DNA of 64,000 nt, from assembly GCF_009914755.1 (NCBI RefSeq), contig NC_060939.1. One strand, 5' to 3'. The first letter of the stretch is position 1; the number at the start of each line of letters is the position of its first letter. The notes under the pieces were generated by a model. The model made no database searches. It had not been told where the DNA came from and worked only from the letters and a program-made list of their open reading frames with translations. A program made the translations under genes and the position numbers. Shown one piece after another: positions 1 to 12,742 of this stretch. The DNA is from the human T2T-CHM13v2.0 reference genome, Homo sapiens.

Positions 1-1261
1 AAAGACTGTGCACTTTGGAGAATAAAATGGCTCTGTTCCTCTTCAGGAGTGAGTCATTCTGAAGCACGTTCTATGGCATTTAAAGGATGAAGGCAAGGAT
101 GAAGTGGGGAGGTCCGCAAGGAAAAGTACATTGGGAATATTGCATTCACATCTGCACCTTTAACCAAGGACAGAGGATATCAAGGGAAGTACACATTCAT
201 GATGTGGTAGGATCTTTTCTCAGATTCAATCTTAGTCATTTTACGACTAGACCTCAATAAATCGCAAGCATGGTGTAACATATATAAATATACAGCTAGA
301 CATAGGTAGATATAAATAGATAGACATAACTAGACAAATCAGACTCTGATTTAAGAACAACTTCCTACCCTTTGTTAACTGGAAAATAATCAGCTCTCAT
401 AGATCCTCCTACACAGAATGAAAGGGGGTTACTTAGCCTATATCAAGAGTCCCATTTATCAGCCTTTTTGAAGGAAATGTCACACCCCTTCGAGACACAT
501 CTCTCCCTATAAAGAAGCAGCTTTGCCTTTCCTATTTACCCATCTACCCTTGCTGAACATCATTAAAACATTAAGCCATCATTTAACCTGAGAGATAAAA
601 TTTAACCCTGAAAATGTACTTCCAATTTTTTTTACTTACCAGCTTGTCACCCACAGCTAATCCCTTTCTTCCATCAGAAACCCTTGTCAAAAACTGATGG
701 TTATTGCATGCTAATTTCACCACAAATACCTGATCTGAATTCTAAGTAATTAGCAAATCAGGTAACCTGTGAGATGCTGATCTTTTTTTATAACTACAAA
801 AAAGCTTGTCACGGAGGATATTTTAGTTCAAGAACATTTCCAATCAGGAAACCTAACATCGTGTTCCAAAATACCACACTGTATTGCATTCATACATTTA
901 GGTGACATATTGACTGTGGATAATAATGTACCTTTGCGGCAATCACACTGCATTTTGAATGTGCAATGGCAACGAGGTGTGCATTATGTATGTTTTACCA
1001 GTTTGGGCAGCTGCCCATAAATAGGGATTAGCTATTACCAAATTCATTTTGTGAGGTTCAGTTTCCTATTGTGAATGAAAAGCATTTGTTTGCTCAACTA
1101 GAAATATGTATGTGTACTGAGAATTTTCATTTTGTGAGGATCTGAAGATGGGTACACTCAGATGATAAAAGAAAATTCCCACATAGTTCTGAAAATCAAA
1201 CGATTGGGTAGTGGACCCTGGGATAGAAGATGACTCATTCCAGTTCCTTCTCTGCGATCAC

Positions 1262-1375
1262 CAGGTGTGTGACCTCAGTTTCCTTACCTATAAAACAGGA
1301 ATGCAAATAAACACCTACATCAAAAGGTTGTTGAGAAGAATAAAAGAAATGATGTGACAATGTTATACAAACTTA
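1262..1375 (+). mobile_element. MIR SINE fragment
   Basis: tgtgtgacctcagtttccttacctataaaa...ggttgttgagaagaataaa matches the MIR core. Confidence 0.7.
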
Positions 1376-1824
1376 AATCAACACTCCACATAAGCTCTCA
1401 TGTTCCTGGCACGAAGCACTAATCCAAGAACTGACAGGACCTACTTCAAACAAACAAAAAATAACAGCAAAGTTGCATAAACCTGCTTCCATTACTGATG
1501 CTCATAAAGCGGTTCCCTGTTTATAGATACTAGCTTATTAGGTCTATAGCCTACAGTAGTATACGTAAAGTAACTACGAGGTGAGAAGGATAACTTTTTT
1601 ATAATTTACAAGTTCATGTTACATTACACATTTTCACAGCATTGCTGTTTTAATGTTGAACCACATTTCACACTATAGCTATCTTATTGAGCTTTAATAT
1701 TCAGTAAATATGTTTATTCTTATTAGAATTTCAAACAAATATAAAAATCTCTCGAAAAACAGAATTCTGCAAATGTTAAGCATGAAACAACGGCGAAGAA
1801 GGGGACTTTGCTGAGAATGCCATG

Positions 1825-1892
1825 AGAACCTGATGCTTGCCCATAGCTGGTGCTCAGTGCCTGCTTGATGAAGAAATGGATGAGTGAATAAA
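1825..1892 (+). mobile_element. L2 3' end fragment
   Basis: catagctggtgctcagt...gatgagtgaataaa resembles the L2 terminus. Confidence 0.5.
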
Positions 1893-2569
1893 CTATAGAG
1901 GTGATAAGAAACATAGTGGCAAGTGGAGAATTTCAGAACTGCATGCTATTTTAGAGCTATCATAATTGATCACAGAAAAGATGGAGAATTCTCTGGGAAA
2001 TATTAGGGGGTTATGAAGAGAGCTGTCTTCACAAACGAAGACATAAAAGTCACAATGCAGAGTGAACACAAAGAAAATTCTTTTTATTTCTTCACTGAGA
2101 CCCAACCAATCATTTGCCCAATGAATGAAGGTTTCCCATGGAAATCTGGGAAGAATGTTTCTGGGGCAAGTACCAATCTATCAAACCCACTTTGCACTGG
2201 GGCAAGCACGGATGTTTGGAGACGAGCTCCCATTAAAAGCCAATTGTATTTCACTGAAGCAAAAGGACAGGGGATTGGGTGCATTTGGGAGGCGGAGGGG
2301 GTCTGACAAAATAGGGGTCATCTTCTTACTCAGAAGCCCAATATGTAAAACAGGAAAAGGCTGAGTTGCTCTGACTGAAGCAATGGGAGGAGAGATGATG
2401 CTGGAGCCAGAAGGATTGTGGATCCCATATGAAGTCTCAACTCCATGGTCCCCCAAGCAGTGGGAACACTGCTCTTGTGGACTATCTTTCTGAATTTTTT
2501 TGAGAGCTTTACAGTAATATAGGGCAGAAGAGCAGCAGCAGTCACCTTGATCCAGGGTTTGATTTTATT

Positions 2570-2802
2570 TAGGCAGTATGATATAAAATCGGAAGAATTT
2601 GCGTTTTGGATTTGAGAGACCTGGGTTCAAATGCTGGCTCTGCCATTTTCCAGCTACCTGGGCAAGTGCTGAACCTCTCTGAGCTCAGTTTTGTCTTCTG
2701 CAGAACAAGAATAAGTAACATCTATCTCACAGACTGGCTGGGAGAACGTAATGAAATAATGTATGCGCATTCACATAGCATGTGCTCCATAAATGTCAGT
2801 TT
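2570..2802 (+). mobile_element. MIR SINE, near full length
   Basis: gacctgggttcaaatgctggctctgcc...gggcaagtgctgaacctctctgagctcagttt...ataaatgtcag. Confidence 0.85.
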
Positions 2803-3104
2803 TCTCCTCTTCCCATCTTTTCTTAATGTTTTACTGTTTTGACTGTTCTTATCTCCACTACTGGGCTTGGGTGCACATAACTACAAAAATAGAATCTCAA
2901 AAAAAAAGTTCTTATCTAGTATTTGAATCTTTAAACAGCAAGCAACTTAGATTGTAGATAATTTGAAGATGCTAATTACAGGCAATTTCTTCTCATAGCC
3001 AATATGAAGTGCAAATCTATTAGTCTAAAGACATATTTATCTTCCCCCCGTGAAGGCCACTTAAAAACAGAAACTCATGGGGTCCAAATAAAAATACAAT
3101 GATA

Positions 3105-3370
3105 TACTGTGGCAATAGTTCAATAAATTATGGTATAATCACTATGAACTGTATATGCAGCCACTGAAAATCACGTTTTTGAGCCATTTTTAATCACGTG
3201 GCAAATGCATAAGATATTTGATGCAAAAGGCAGAATGCAAATATCCAAAAATAGAAATGTAGATATATACACACGTTAAAAGTGGTCCTAAAAGTGAATA
3301 TTTTATTGTTATTGTTTTCTATTCCAAAATAAGCATCTACTTTTGCCTACAGTCAGAAAAAAACGAAAAA
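3105..3370 (+). mobile_element. Old L1 (L1ME-like) 3' fragment
   Basis: aataaattatggtataatc...tatgcagccactgaaaa...aaaaggcagaatgcaa. Confidence 0.6.
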
Positions 3371-5029
3371 TGGCCTTAAAAATATTTCACAGTAAAGAAA
3401 TGATATAGCTGTTATGATCTGTAACGAATGTTCTTTGCAGTGTAATGTGTAACTTTCCCCTGCTGTAGGCATCCATATAAAAGTGTCTTGGATCATCACT
3501 ATTCCCACAGAAAGATGTGTCTGGTAACCACATGATCTGGTCCTCGGTCCTGGGTCATTACAGTGGTCATGGTTTCAAATGAACTAAAACATTTTAAAAA
3601 GCAAAAGAAGAAATATCTTAGTCCGTATTTTAATAGACTTTAGCCTTGACAAAAGGCCACACACGAAAGCACCCACAAGGGCTCCTGTTCATGGAGGAGA
3701 TGCTGCCAGTAGGGGCATTTCTGGTGCTAACAGTGGTCTTGGTGAGGGACTCTACCAACTGTGAGTAACATAAGGGGGAAAGGTGACAGCCGTCCATGGC
3801 CCTCTCTTTTAGCCCTGACATTTAAAAATAATTTTTATAAATTAATAGAATTCTAGATCTGGCTCAACCCAAACCAGCTGCCTCTTACTACAGCTAAAGA
3901 AACCAAGGTAGGAAAAGGTTAAGTGTTTTATTAAATATCTATGGACCCACAGTTAGCAAAAGAGCCGAGACCATAAATGAAGTTTCCCAACACACAATCC
4001 AATCCTCCTTCACTTACCTAATAACTACTTTGGCCAGCTCAATAAATGGGCTGTCTGTGACCAGTTTCCAGCTTCTTACAAGTCTTCAACATAAAACTGG
4101 AAACAAGGCCACTATTACTGGGGAATTTGGCAGAACACAGAATTGTTGTATGCTACATTTAATAGGGTCAGAGCAGGTCTTGCCACCTATGCGTCACTCA
4201 CCGCACTCAGCAGAACGATTCATAAGGTGCAAGGACCTGATTTATGTTGGGTGATAAGTCAATGAATGAATCAATCAATGCCAATGGCTCCAAGTGGCAA
4301 GAGAAACACACTTAACTTAGTAACACATCATGATTTCCTTCCATCTATTTTAGTGGGGTTTTTAAACATTCTACTTGCTGTTTTCCAGTTAACTATCTAT
4401 TTCTCTGTTTATCTGTGTGTGGATACATTTGCATCCATCAGTTACTTTAGTATCAATATGCCAAATCATGGAAGGCCACATAGAAATTAAATGGACAAGG
4501 GGTCTGGGTCCCAGAGCAGAGCCTAAGAGGATCCGTGTTCCAGGAGACACCAGTTGGTCAGGGCAAATAGAACACTAGCGATCAGCGTCATGATGAGACG
4601 GGGCACCTAGCAATATCTATTCAGAGGCAAGTCAGTTTTCCAGAAGACATAAATTCTGCCAGGTAAAGGCCTCCTCTAGAGGGCAGGACATGTATAAGGT
4701 TCTGGAATCTGACAAATTAGACAAAGCAAGAAAACACCACCAGCAGCCAACACATAGACCTGAGTCTAATTGTCAGATAAAAACAATTCAAGATTCGTAC
4801 TTCCTACTAAAGAAGGGGAGCTGATGAGGGAAGACACGAAATTGAGACCAGATACGTGCCAAGCAGGGCACACAGGTGACATCGAAGCAGTGGTAGCTGG
4901 TCAGAGAGGAGTCACAGCTGCTGATCTGCTCAGGGGCAATGACAAATTCCACAGAGTTTGTCACAGGAAATCTGGTGTCATCTTCTCATCTCAAAACCAT
5001 CACACAGCTCGCACACAATCACACACCAT

Positions 5030-5236
5030 TCACTGAGAGCCTTTTACACACAAAGGACCACACTGAGCTCTTAACATGCCATTTATTTCTCCAAAAAGAT
5101 TGTTGCCTGCATGATCCACATAGAGAAACCTAAGCTTGGCTTAGATGAAACCACTTACCCAAGGTAACACAGCAAGTGATATAGAGGGATTTAATCCAAA
5201 TTAGTCAGATCACTGAGTCTGGGCTCAATAAACTGT
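5030..5236 (-). mobile_element. MIR SINE
   Basis: gagaaacctaagc...ccacttacccaaggtaacacagcaagtg...gggatttaatcca is the reverse MIR core. Confidence 0.7.
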
Positions 5237-6719
5237 TAGATAGTTTAAACACCTATGCAACCAAAAAACCCCAAAGCACACACAAGATCTTACAACTGGA
5301 GGTTTCATCTCTCAAGAGAGTGTAGGTGTCTGTGCATCAATGGTACAGCCAATAGGTGAGCCCAGGTGGCTCAGTGGCCTGTATCAAAAAAAAAAAAACA
5401 TGTGGAGCCTGTAGTCTTAACTACGTATTAATGGGTACTTTTTCTGACTTTGAGTATAAGGTTTCATCAGCACTTTAGAGATATTTTCCACATTTGCTGT
5501 CTCTCTGTAGTGTCCAAACCCATAAATTACCAGCAGCGGCTGGCAGGCTGAAAATTTTCATATGTGGTAAGACCACTCTACTCCAGGCTTATTAGAAAGA
5601 TTGGGAGTGAAGGATCTGTGGAATCTTTAAAAAGTAAAAAGCTTGTTTTTCCTGAACAATCAGGTGTCATTGCTTTTTTATCAAGAATAGTAACACAAAC
5701 CTAAGCAATGCAACCATTGCCGTATACAGGTCCTGCTTGTATGAAAAGGCTAGAACGGTTTGCAATTAGGACAGCAGTTGTATGCTCTTAAATACCTACA
5801 AGCCCTTTGTTCCTGTTGGGTAGATCATATGAGCTCTGGATGAACTTGCTCCAGCAAAGCCCTTTCCTCCTGAGCAATGCTAGTTACATCTTTTTTTTTC
5901 TCAACCTCTGACACAGTTATCACAAATTCTGCATCAGTAAGGTCTAAATTAACACTATGTTCTGTACCAGATCTGCAGATTATATAGAAGGCTACTGTTA
6001 AGGGCTAAAGAGATCTGGAAGCTGAAAGACTGATTTTTGAAAAATTAAGAGAGGTATGGAGGGATAACAGAAAAAATATAAATGTTCCAGGTAATTAGAG
6101 AGCATTTTCCAAGAAGCACCACAAAATTGCAAGTGCCCATCAATACTAAAGAATATCATGCTGTTGACAGCACAGCAGAGAACCTTTTCAAAGACAGATC
6201 GGCAGCTTTACCCAAAGCACCCTTCACCCTGCACCACCTACCCCTCTCCTGTGGCTCCATCACACCCTCCAAAGCTCCTACTGAGAAGAAGGCATCCTGC
6301 TTCTCTCTGTAGGTTCCCCTAGCAAACCCCAAAGAATAAACTGCGTAATTGTGAAATACAGAATCTGTGTGTGAAAAAACACTTGTTTCATTCTTTTCAC
6401 CTTCCTGCTGCCTCAACACAGGGAGTATCTTCCCCACGTCAACACCACACCAGGCATCTGGGGGCATAAGCCAGTTTTCCACGAGATTTGGGCTAGAAAT
6501 ATTTATTGTGGCTGCAACTCCAACTGTCATCCATTCGGATTACTTCTTGCAGGAATCATAGCCCCATCTTCTCAACAGTTCAAAAGTGGCTGTGTGTATC
6601 CAGCTCCCCTCTTTATTTCCAGAGCATTTCTGTGATTTTAGAGCTGCTAAGCCTCACCAAAGTCAAGTCCTTTATCTAATTCCCTCTTTTGATCCAGTGT
6701 CTTTATCCTAGACCACGGC

Positions 6720-6912
6720 CAGTGGTTGGTGGGTTTCAAAACTCTTTGTCTTTTTTCTGTAGAACTTTTACCCTAAAGAAATTCCATTCTAAATGCCAAT
6801 ATGTAAAATAGATCAAAGGCTTGATTAGAAGAGAGTTGGAGAGCTGGGGTCCCACCAATCCCCAAGGATGGGGAACCTGAGGGTTCTGTGGATCACTTGA
6901 GAGTGGAAACAC
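6720..6912. mobile_element. hAT-Charlie non-autonomous DNA transposon (MER112/MER117-like)
   Basis: cagtggtt start, ccaatatgtaaaatagatcaaaggc core, gggttctgtggatcac...gaaacac end. Confidence 0.5.
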
Positions 6913-7064
6913 AGGAACATGACTAGGGAAAGGAGGGGTTCACAGAAATGAAAGAGGGGCAAACAACATCCCACTTTAAACATGAAAGCTGAAAATCTTC
7001 AACCCATTCTTAGTTGCACAGGGCATGTGGAAATCTCAAACACAGAGGCCTGCCTTACAAACAT

Positions 7065-7285
7065 TAATAATATCTACCCCTTACTCCAGACACTTGCAGA
7101 GACCTCATTTAATCCCCACAACTACTATCTGTGGTTTATAGATTTTCAGCTTACAGATACAAAATGTGAAGCCCAGGATGATGAAGTAACTTGTCCAAGG
7201 CCACATAGACCTAAGTGGCAGAAGTCTGACCTGAGCTCGATGTGGGACTCTGAAACCTTTACTCTTAATGCATGCAGGGCTGCCA
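7065..7285 (-). mobile_element. MIR SINE
   Basis: ctcatttaatccccacaac...ttacagat...aagtaacttgtccaaggccaca. Confidence 0.8.
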
Positions 7286-7799
7286 TCAGGTGCAAGATTT
7301 TCAAACTCTTCTGAGTGGGGGGCATCAGCCCAATGAAAGGATATTCCAGTATGTGGAAGAGAAATGTAGCAAACGTAAAGACTGATGCCATCTTTCACTT
7401 TTTTTTTTAAAAGACTGAAACATTTCAAGAACTCTTTCCTTAAGAGGTTACTGAGGACCTCGATGAAGATGCAAGAAAGACACTGACAGTATTCACGATC
7501 TATTAAACTGACCAGTTTCTACTAAATACCTACAACATGCCCAAGCACCAGAAAGACACAGATGAACATGTCTCTTGGAATACCAGAATAATTTCCCCAC
7601 GTCAGCCTTGTGAATCTGTTTAGAGAGGAGGGCCCAGGGACAGCAATAGGAATAAAAACATGAACAGACACAGAACAGGAGCAGGCAGAAGAACAGAAGA
7701 AAAGGGATGAGGCAGGAGAGGAGTAGTTAATCTTACACAACATTTGGACTTTTCAAACGTAATTGCACATCCATTGACAACCGTTATATCACCTTATAT

Positions 7800-8006
7800 T
7801 TACCCAGTGCTTTTTGTTTGAATCTCACAGCAGCATGATATTATAGGAAGGGGAAATATAAAACCAAGTTTTACAGCTAAAGAATATGTGGCCTCAGAGA
7901 GGTCATCTTTCCAAAAGTCACAGAGGGAGTCTCCCTCTGTTAGAGGGAGAGCCAGAGCTAGGATCTGGACCTCAGGACTCCTAGCACAGTGCTCATCCCA
8001 CCACAC
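7800..8006 (-). mobile_element. MIR SINE
   Basis: ttttacagctaaagaa...gcctcagagaggtc...ccaaaagtcacag. Confidence 0.65.
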
Positions 8007-8721
8007 AGAGCACTACTTGTGAAGCAGAACATACCCTTTACATGTTATCCACATGTTATCCACAGCTACAATGCTTGCCAGTGGCCAGCATGGTAATAAA
8101 GACTCCATTCTCATGTACATCTCCATAATTAGATTACTTTTCCCCATCCTCATCCCCACAACCTACTCACCAACAATTATCTGAGCCCAGCTATGCTCAC
8201 CCCTTCTTAAGACCTGCCCTCTCTGGAATTACAGTAGACAATGACAAAGAAGTTGTAGTTGCCAGATGTCTCAAACTGCAGTGACACACATACACAAAAT
8301 CACAGAATCGGCTGCACCCCTAATGCTTCTCTGTTCAAAATCCAGTTCTTCTTGTAATGACATCTAATCAGGCCCTGGAATCAGCTGAAACGAGAGCTTC
8401 TGTAAAAATCACTCTTCACTCGGTACTCAGCAGTTAAGTCTCTTAAATGTCAACCTGCTAGGAATTACTTTAAAAGATTTTTTTTTCCTTCATTACAAAT
8501 CTCAAAGCTATTGAGTCTTTTCAACTTCCAGATGGATCCTGATATTCATATAGTCCAGAAAATGACAATGTTCTTTGTCTGCTAGGTTTGAACAATTTTG
8601 AGTTACTTAAAGAATGTGTCCACATTATTACAGACACTCAGGTTAATAATAAACATTGAGATCCTTATCCAGATATTTATAAGCCTTTAGAACTCTTTAA
8701 AGGATGCAAATAATTTGACCA

Positions 8722-8724
<3 letters not shown>

Positions 8725-8764
<40 letters not shown>
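8725..8764. repeat. Poly(T)40 tract
   Basis: 40 consecutive T with no adjacent Alu or L1 body. Confidence 0.95.
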
Positions 8765-8767
<3 letters not shown>

Positions 8768-9344
8768 AAGAAATTTCTCTACAACCAGGACTCTGGCTAA
8801 ATCCATTAGCCCTACAATTTGGCTATGTGACCACCAGGTGGTGACAGTGTGCCACAATTCAGGACCAGCAAGGTTGGCATCAGGGAGCTTTCCCCACACT
8901 TATGTTGAAAACCAACCTTTCAAATTTAGATCTCACTTAATCCCCTGCCACATTTAAGGTGTTACTTTTAATACAGCATCTCAACCACCACCTCTGGGTT
9001 AGGTCCTTCATAATCTGTAGAACCGAAATCTTTTAATGTGGCATTCAGGACCCTCCAAGGTGGTCCCACCCCACCCACCACTCTCCTACACAGTCCCTGT
9101 ATTACAGCCACACTTCAATGCATGTTTCCTGCACATTCACACAGATGCAAAGATGGTTCTAACATTTCTTGCTTCTGTATATTTGCTCTTGGGGATATCC
9201 CCTGATGTTCACCTACCTTTTCAGGCACCTATAAAACATTTGGAAACTTGCTCAGACAAAACTCCACCAAACAGTTGTAAAAGCCCAGAGTTCTACTAGT
9301 ATTTAGGAATATGCTGAGTGTTGTTTCCTGTAGAAAACTTGTAA

Positions 9345-9484
9345 TGTATATATATAATATATATTAAAAACATACATATATACACATATATACATACATA
9401 TACATATATATGTAAATCATTACATATATACACATATATACACGCGCGTGCGTGCGTGTGTGTGTGTGTGTGTGTGTGTATGTA
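9345..9484. repeat. Compound (TA)/(CA)/(CG)/(TG) microsatellite at the Alu tail
   Basis: tatatata...cacgcgcgtgcgtgcgtgtgtg...tgta. Confidence 0.9.
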
Positions 9485-9800
9485 TTTTGAGACGGAGTCT
9501 TGCTCTGTTGTCCAGGCTGGAGTGCCGTGGCGTGATCTTGGCTCACTGCAACCTCCACCTTCTGGGTTCAAGCGATTCTCTTGCCTCACCCTCCCTACTA
9601 GGTGAGACTACAGGTATGCACCACCATGCCCAACTAATTTTTGTATTTTTACAAAATTACAAAATAGTAATTTTGTAATTAGTAGAGACAGGGTTTCGCC
9701 ATGTTAGCCAGGCTGTTCCCGAACTCCTGAGCTCAAGTTATCTGCCCACCTCGGCCTCCCAAAGTGCTGGGATTACAGGTGTGAGCCACTGTGCCTGGCC
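9485..9800 (-). mobile_element. AluS with a 30-nt insertion in the central linker
   Basis: gagacggagtcttgctctg...gtgagccactgtgcctggcc. Confidence 0.97.
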
Positions 9801-9974
9801 CTTGTATTATATATTAATCTTGATATTTTTAGGATAAATAAAAACGTGTGTCTTAATGAGCGCTAGATCACATAACCTGCCTTATCTACTTAGCTATTTC
9901 TCTTGAACATCTTTCCTTGTCATTAAATGATACATGAAGCGTTTTATGGTTCCCCTCACCAGGAGTCTGCTCAG

Positions 9975-10145
9975 TCTGGTGGACAGTATGCTGGGCTTGA
10001 AATCAAAACACCGAGATTCAGTCCTAGTTCTAGCAGGTGCTAGCTGTGTTTGGGCAAGTTGTTTAACCTCTCTGAGCCCAAGCTGCATGGGTGTAATGCT
10101 TACCTCCCAAAGTCTCTGACAGCCTAAATGAGATCACTCATCTGA
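9975..10145 (+). mobile_element. MIR SINE
   Basis: agctgtgtttgggcaagttgtttaacctctctgagcc. Confidence 0.75.
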
Positions 10146-11239
10146 TCATTTCTAGCTTGGAACCTGCCTTGGAGTGACCTCTCAATTATTACTCATTTCT
10201 ATCCACTCAGTTGATGTGATTTCTTTCTCCCTCCAAGCCACACCACTCTTTGTACCTTCCTGTGCCTCCATCCTGCTGGATCTCACCTTAAAGGAGCTTG
10301 GGAACTTGCTGTATTCCCCCTGCCAGAGCATAAGAACACTCCTGAAGGCAGGGCTGGCCTGACTCCTCTGACTGGCCCCAGGGATCCCCTAGCATATGCC
10401 AAGTCCCCTGCAGACGCCAGGCATCTGTGGAACTGAATGGGGAATCCAGCCTCCCTTCGCCTTAACCCTTGCCATTCTGGGCCTTGCACTCTTACAGCCC
10501 TGTACACAGCTTGGAAAAAAAAAAAAAAAGTCTGGCGTCTTTTAAGGCCCTGGCTTGACGTTGATGCTAAAAAATACTTTCAATCTGGAGCTTGGCTCTT
10601 TGGGGTCCCGATGATACCTCTCTGCCTGGTATCCTCTGCCTACAGCTTCTCTCTTGGTGGCCAGCTCTGCCTCCTCTTCTGCAGGTTCCTCTTCTGTGGC
10701 AGCAGAGGATAACCTTGTTAAGTGAGAGGAAGAGTGGTACCCCCTCTCTGCCTCCTCCTCACACGGGACGTAAACACCACGGCTTCAGCAGGGAGCTAGT
10801 CCATGCTGAGGCCTTCTCCAGCCTTTCTAGCCTTGATGTTTCTTTATTGTTGTCTGTGGCTTGGTTTCGTTTTTCCATTTTCATGAAAAAAAAAAAAAAA
10901 AAGCTTTCTTTTCTTGGCCCTTCTTCCAGCAGTTGATTGATTTGCATTGGATGCTGAAGCCACTTCCTGTTTTTCCTTCAAACCCCCCAGCAACTGTCTT
11001 CCTTACAAACGGCCTCAGAAAAAAAAGAAACAGCTCACATTCCTGGTACAGGGCACCTGGGAAGAAAAATTCATTGGATTTCATCAGGAAGTATGATGTT
11101 CCTTGGGCAGCATCCCAGGGTGGACCTTTCTGTTGACCCTATCAGGATGGTAAAATTGAAAAGAACCCCCAGAAGGCAGTCCTCACTCTGCAGGACACCT
11201 ACTCCCAGAGGCACCGTGTCCATCATAATAGTTCTAAGC

Positions 11240-11960
11240 GTGTGTACTAGAATTGGATGTGGGTGTGTTTACTTCTGCACTGCCTCCTAGCTGTGTGACC
11301 CAAGGTGAGCTGCTGTGCCTTGCTGATCCCCAGTTTCCTCATTTGTCAAGTGGGTTGAGTCATAAGACTTCCTGTATTGGTTTCCTGTGGCTGCAGTGAT
11401 CAATTACCATAAATGCAGTGGCTTAAATCAACACAAATCTACTAACTGTTCTGAAAGTCAGAAGTCTTCAAATCAAGGAGTTGGCAGGCTTGTATTTCTT
11501 CTGAAAGCTGTAGGGAGAAATCTGTTTTCTTGCGTTTTCTACTTTCTGCAGGCCACCTGCATTCTCTTTGCCCTTTCTTCCACTTTCAAAGCCAGCAGTG
11601 TAGCGTCTTCAAATCTTTCTCTTCCTGTTTGTGTGTCCTGTGCTTTTGTCATTAAATCTCCTTCTTTCACTCTGACTCTCCTGCCCGCCTCTTATAAGGA
11701 CCTGTAATTACACTGAGCTCGCCTAGTTAATCCAGGATCATCTCCCAACTCAAGGTCCTAACTGAATCGCATGTGCAAGGTCGCTTTCCATGCAAGGTAA
11801 CAGATTGCCAGGCTCTAGGGATTGGGGTATGGACTTCGCTATTTTGCCTGCCATACTTCTCTCATAAAACCATTATGAAAATATAAAAAGAGCATATATG
11901 TGTATTTTTCAGCACAATCCTGGCACATTGTAAGTGCTCCAAATATACAGCCATGATTAT
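11240..11960 (+). mobile_element. MIR SINE split by an MLT1D insertion
   Basis: 5' half to about 11360 (ctagctgtgtgacc...cagtttcctcatttgt); 3' half about 11860-11960 (cctggcacattgtaagtgctcc). Confidence 0.7.
11373..11855 (-). mobile_element. MLT1D-type MaLR solo LTR
   Basis: tgtattggtttcctgtggctgc...cttataaggacc...atccaggatcatctccc...attttgcctgccata; near 5-bp TSD cttcc/cttct. Confidence 0.85.
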
Positions 11961-12144
11961 ATCAATATACCAATACCAGCACTAGCAGTCAAAAGAGAAG
12001 TGGTTGTTAATGCTTAGTTAGGTAAAGCAGAGCCATTTGGATCAACCTTGAATGAAAGCAAATGGAAGCGTAATTGGGGCTGGATAGTGCACAGACACAT
12101 CCTTTTACAGTTTCATATCCTCACTCTTCGTTTTAAAAACAAAT

Positions 12145-12345
12145 GTTTACTGGGCACCCTCTAGATACCATACTTTCCATTCCTCACAATAGTCGTTTCT
12201 GGTAGATGTTACCGCCTTACTTTACAGGTGACGACAGTAAGACTTAGGTTACACAATTTGGTCAGATTGTTCAGCTGGTCACTAGCAAAGGCAGGATTTG
12301 AATTTGCTATTGTCTGATTTAAGCCCGCCCTCTTTCCAGGCTCCA
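12145..12345 (-). mobile_element. MIR SINE
   Basis: cctcacaat...tttacaggtgac...gcaggatttgaat. Confidence 0.65.
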
Positions 12346-12574
12346 GGACTTGGCGACATGCTGGCTCATACTCACTCTGATCATCAAAACTACACCAGAC
12401 CTGCCCCACGGGCAGCTGGCACACTTGGCTTTCAGGGCAGAAATCAAGTTCTTGCTTCTCCGGTGTCCTCCACAGCCCTACACCCATCCAGGGGCACACG
12501 GTGGGTGGGCTATGCCATCCTTGTGATCTTGCTAGGAACAGGAGAGCCCAATGAGAGGCCTAAGTGCTTCTGGG

Positions 12575-12742
12575 GCAATGGTTCTCAGCCCTGGCATGTG
12601 TCACAATGACCTGGAGAGCCTGCTAAGCCAGACTGTTGGCCCCACCCCCAGAGTTCAGTAGGTCTGTATTTGCATTTCAAATAAGAACCCAGGTGATGCT
12701 GATTCTGCTAATCCAGGCCCACACCCTAAGAACCACCCCTCT
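12575..12742. mobile_element. MER5-type hAT-Charlie MITE
   Basis: caatggttctca...ccccacccccagag...tttgcatttc...caggtgatgctgat...aagaaccac. Confidence 0.75.

Noticed and set aside
8041-8064. Two TTATCCACA (bacterial DnaA-box) matches
   Set aside because: A simple 11-bp tandem duplication in primate DNA; no bacterial context
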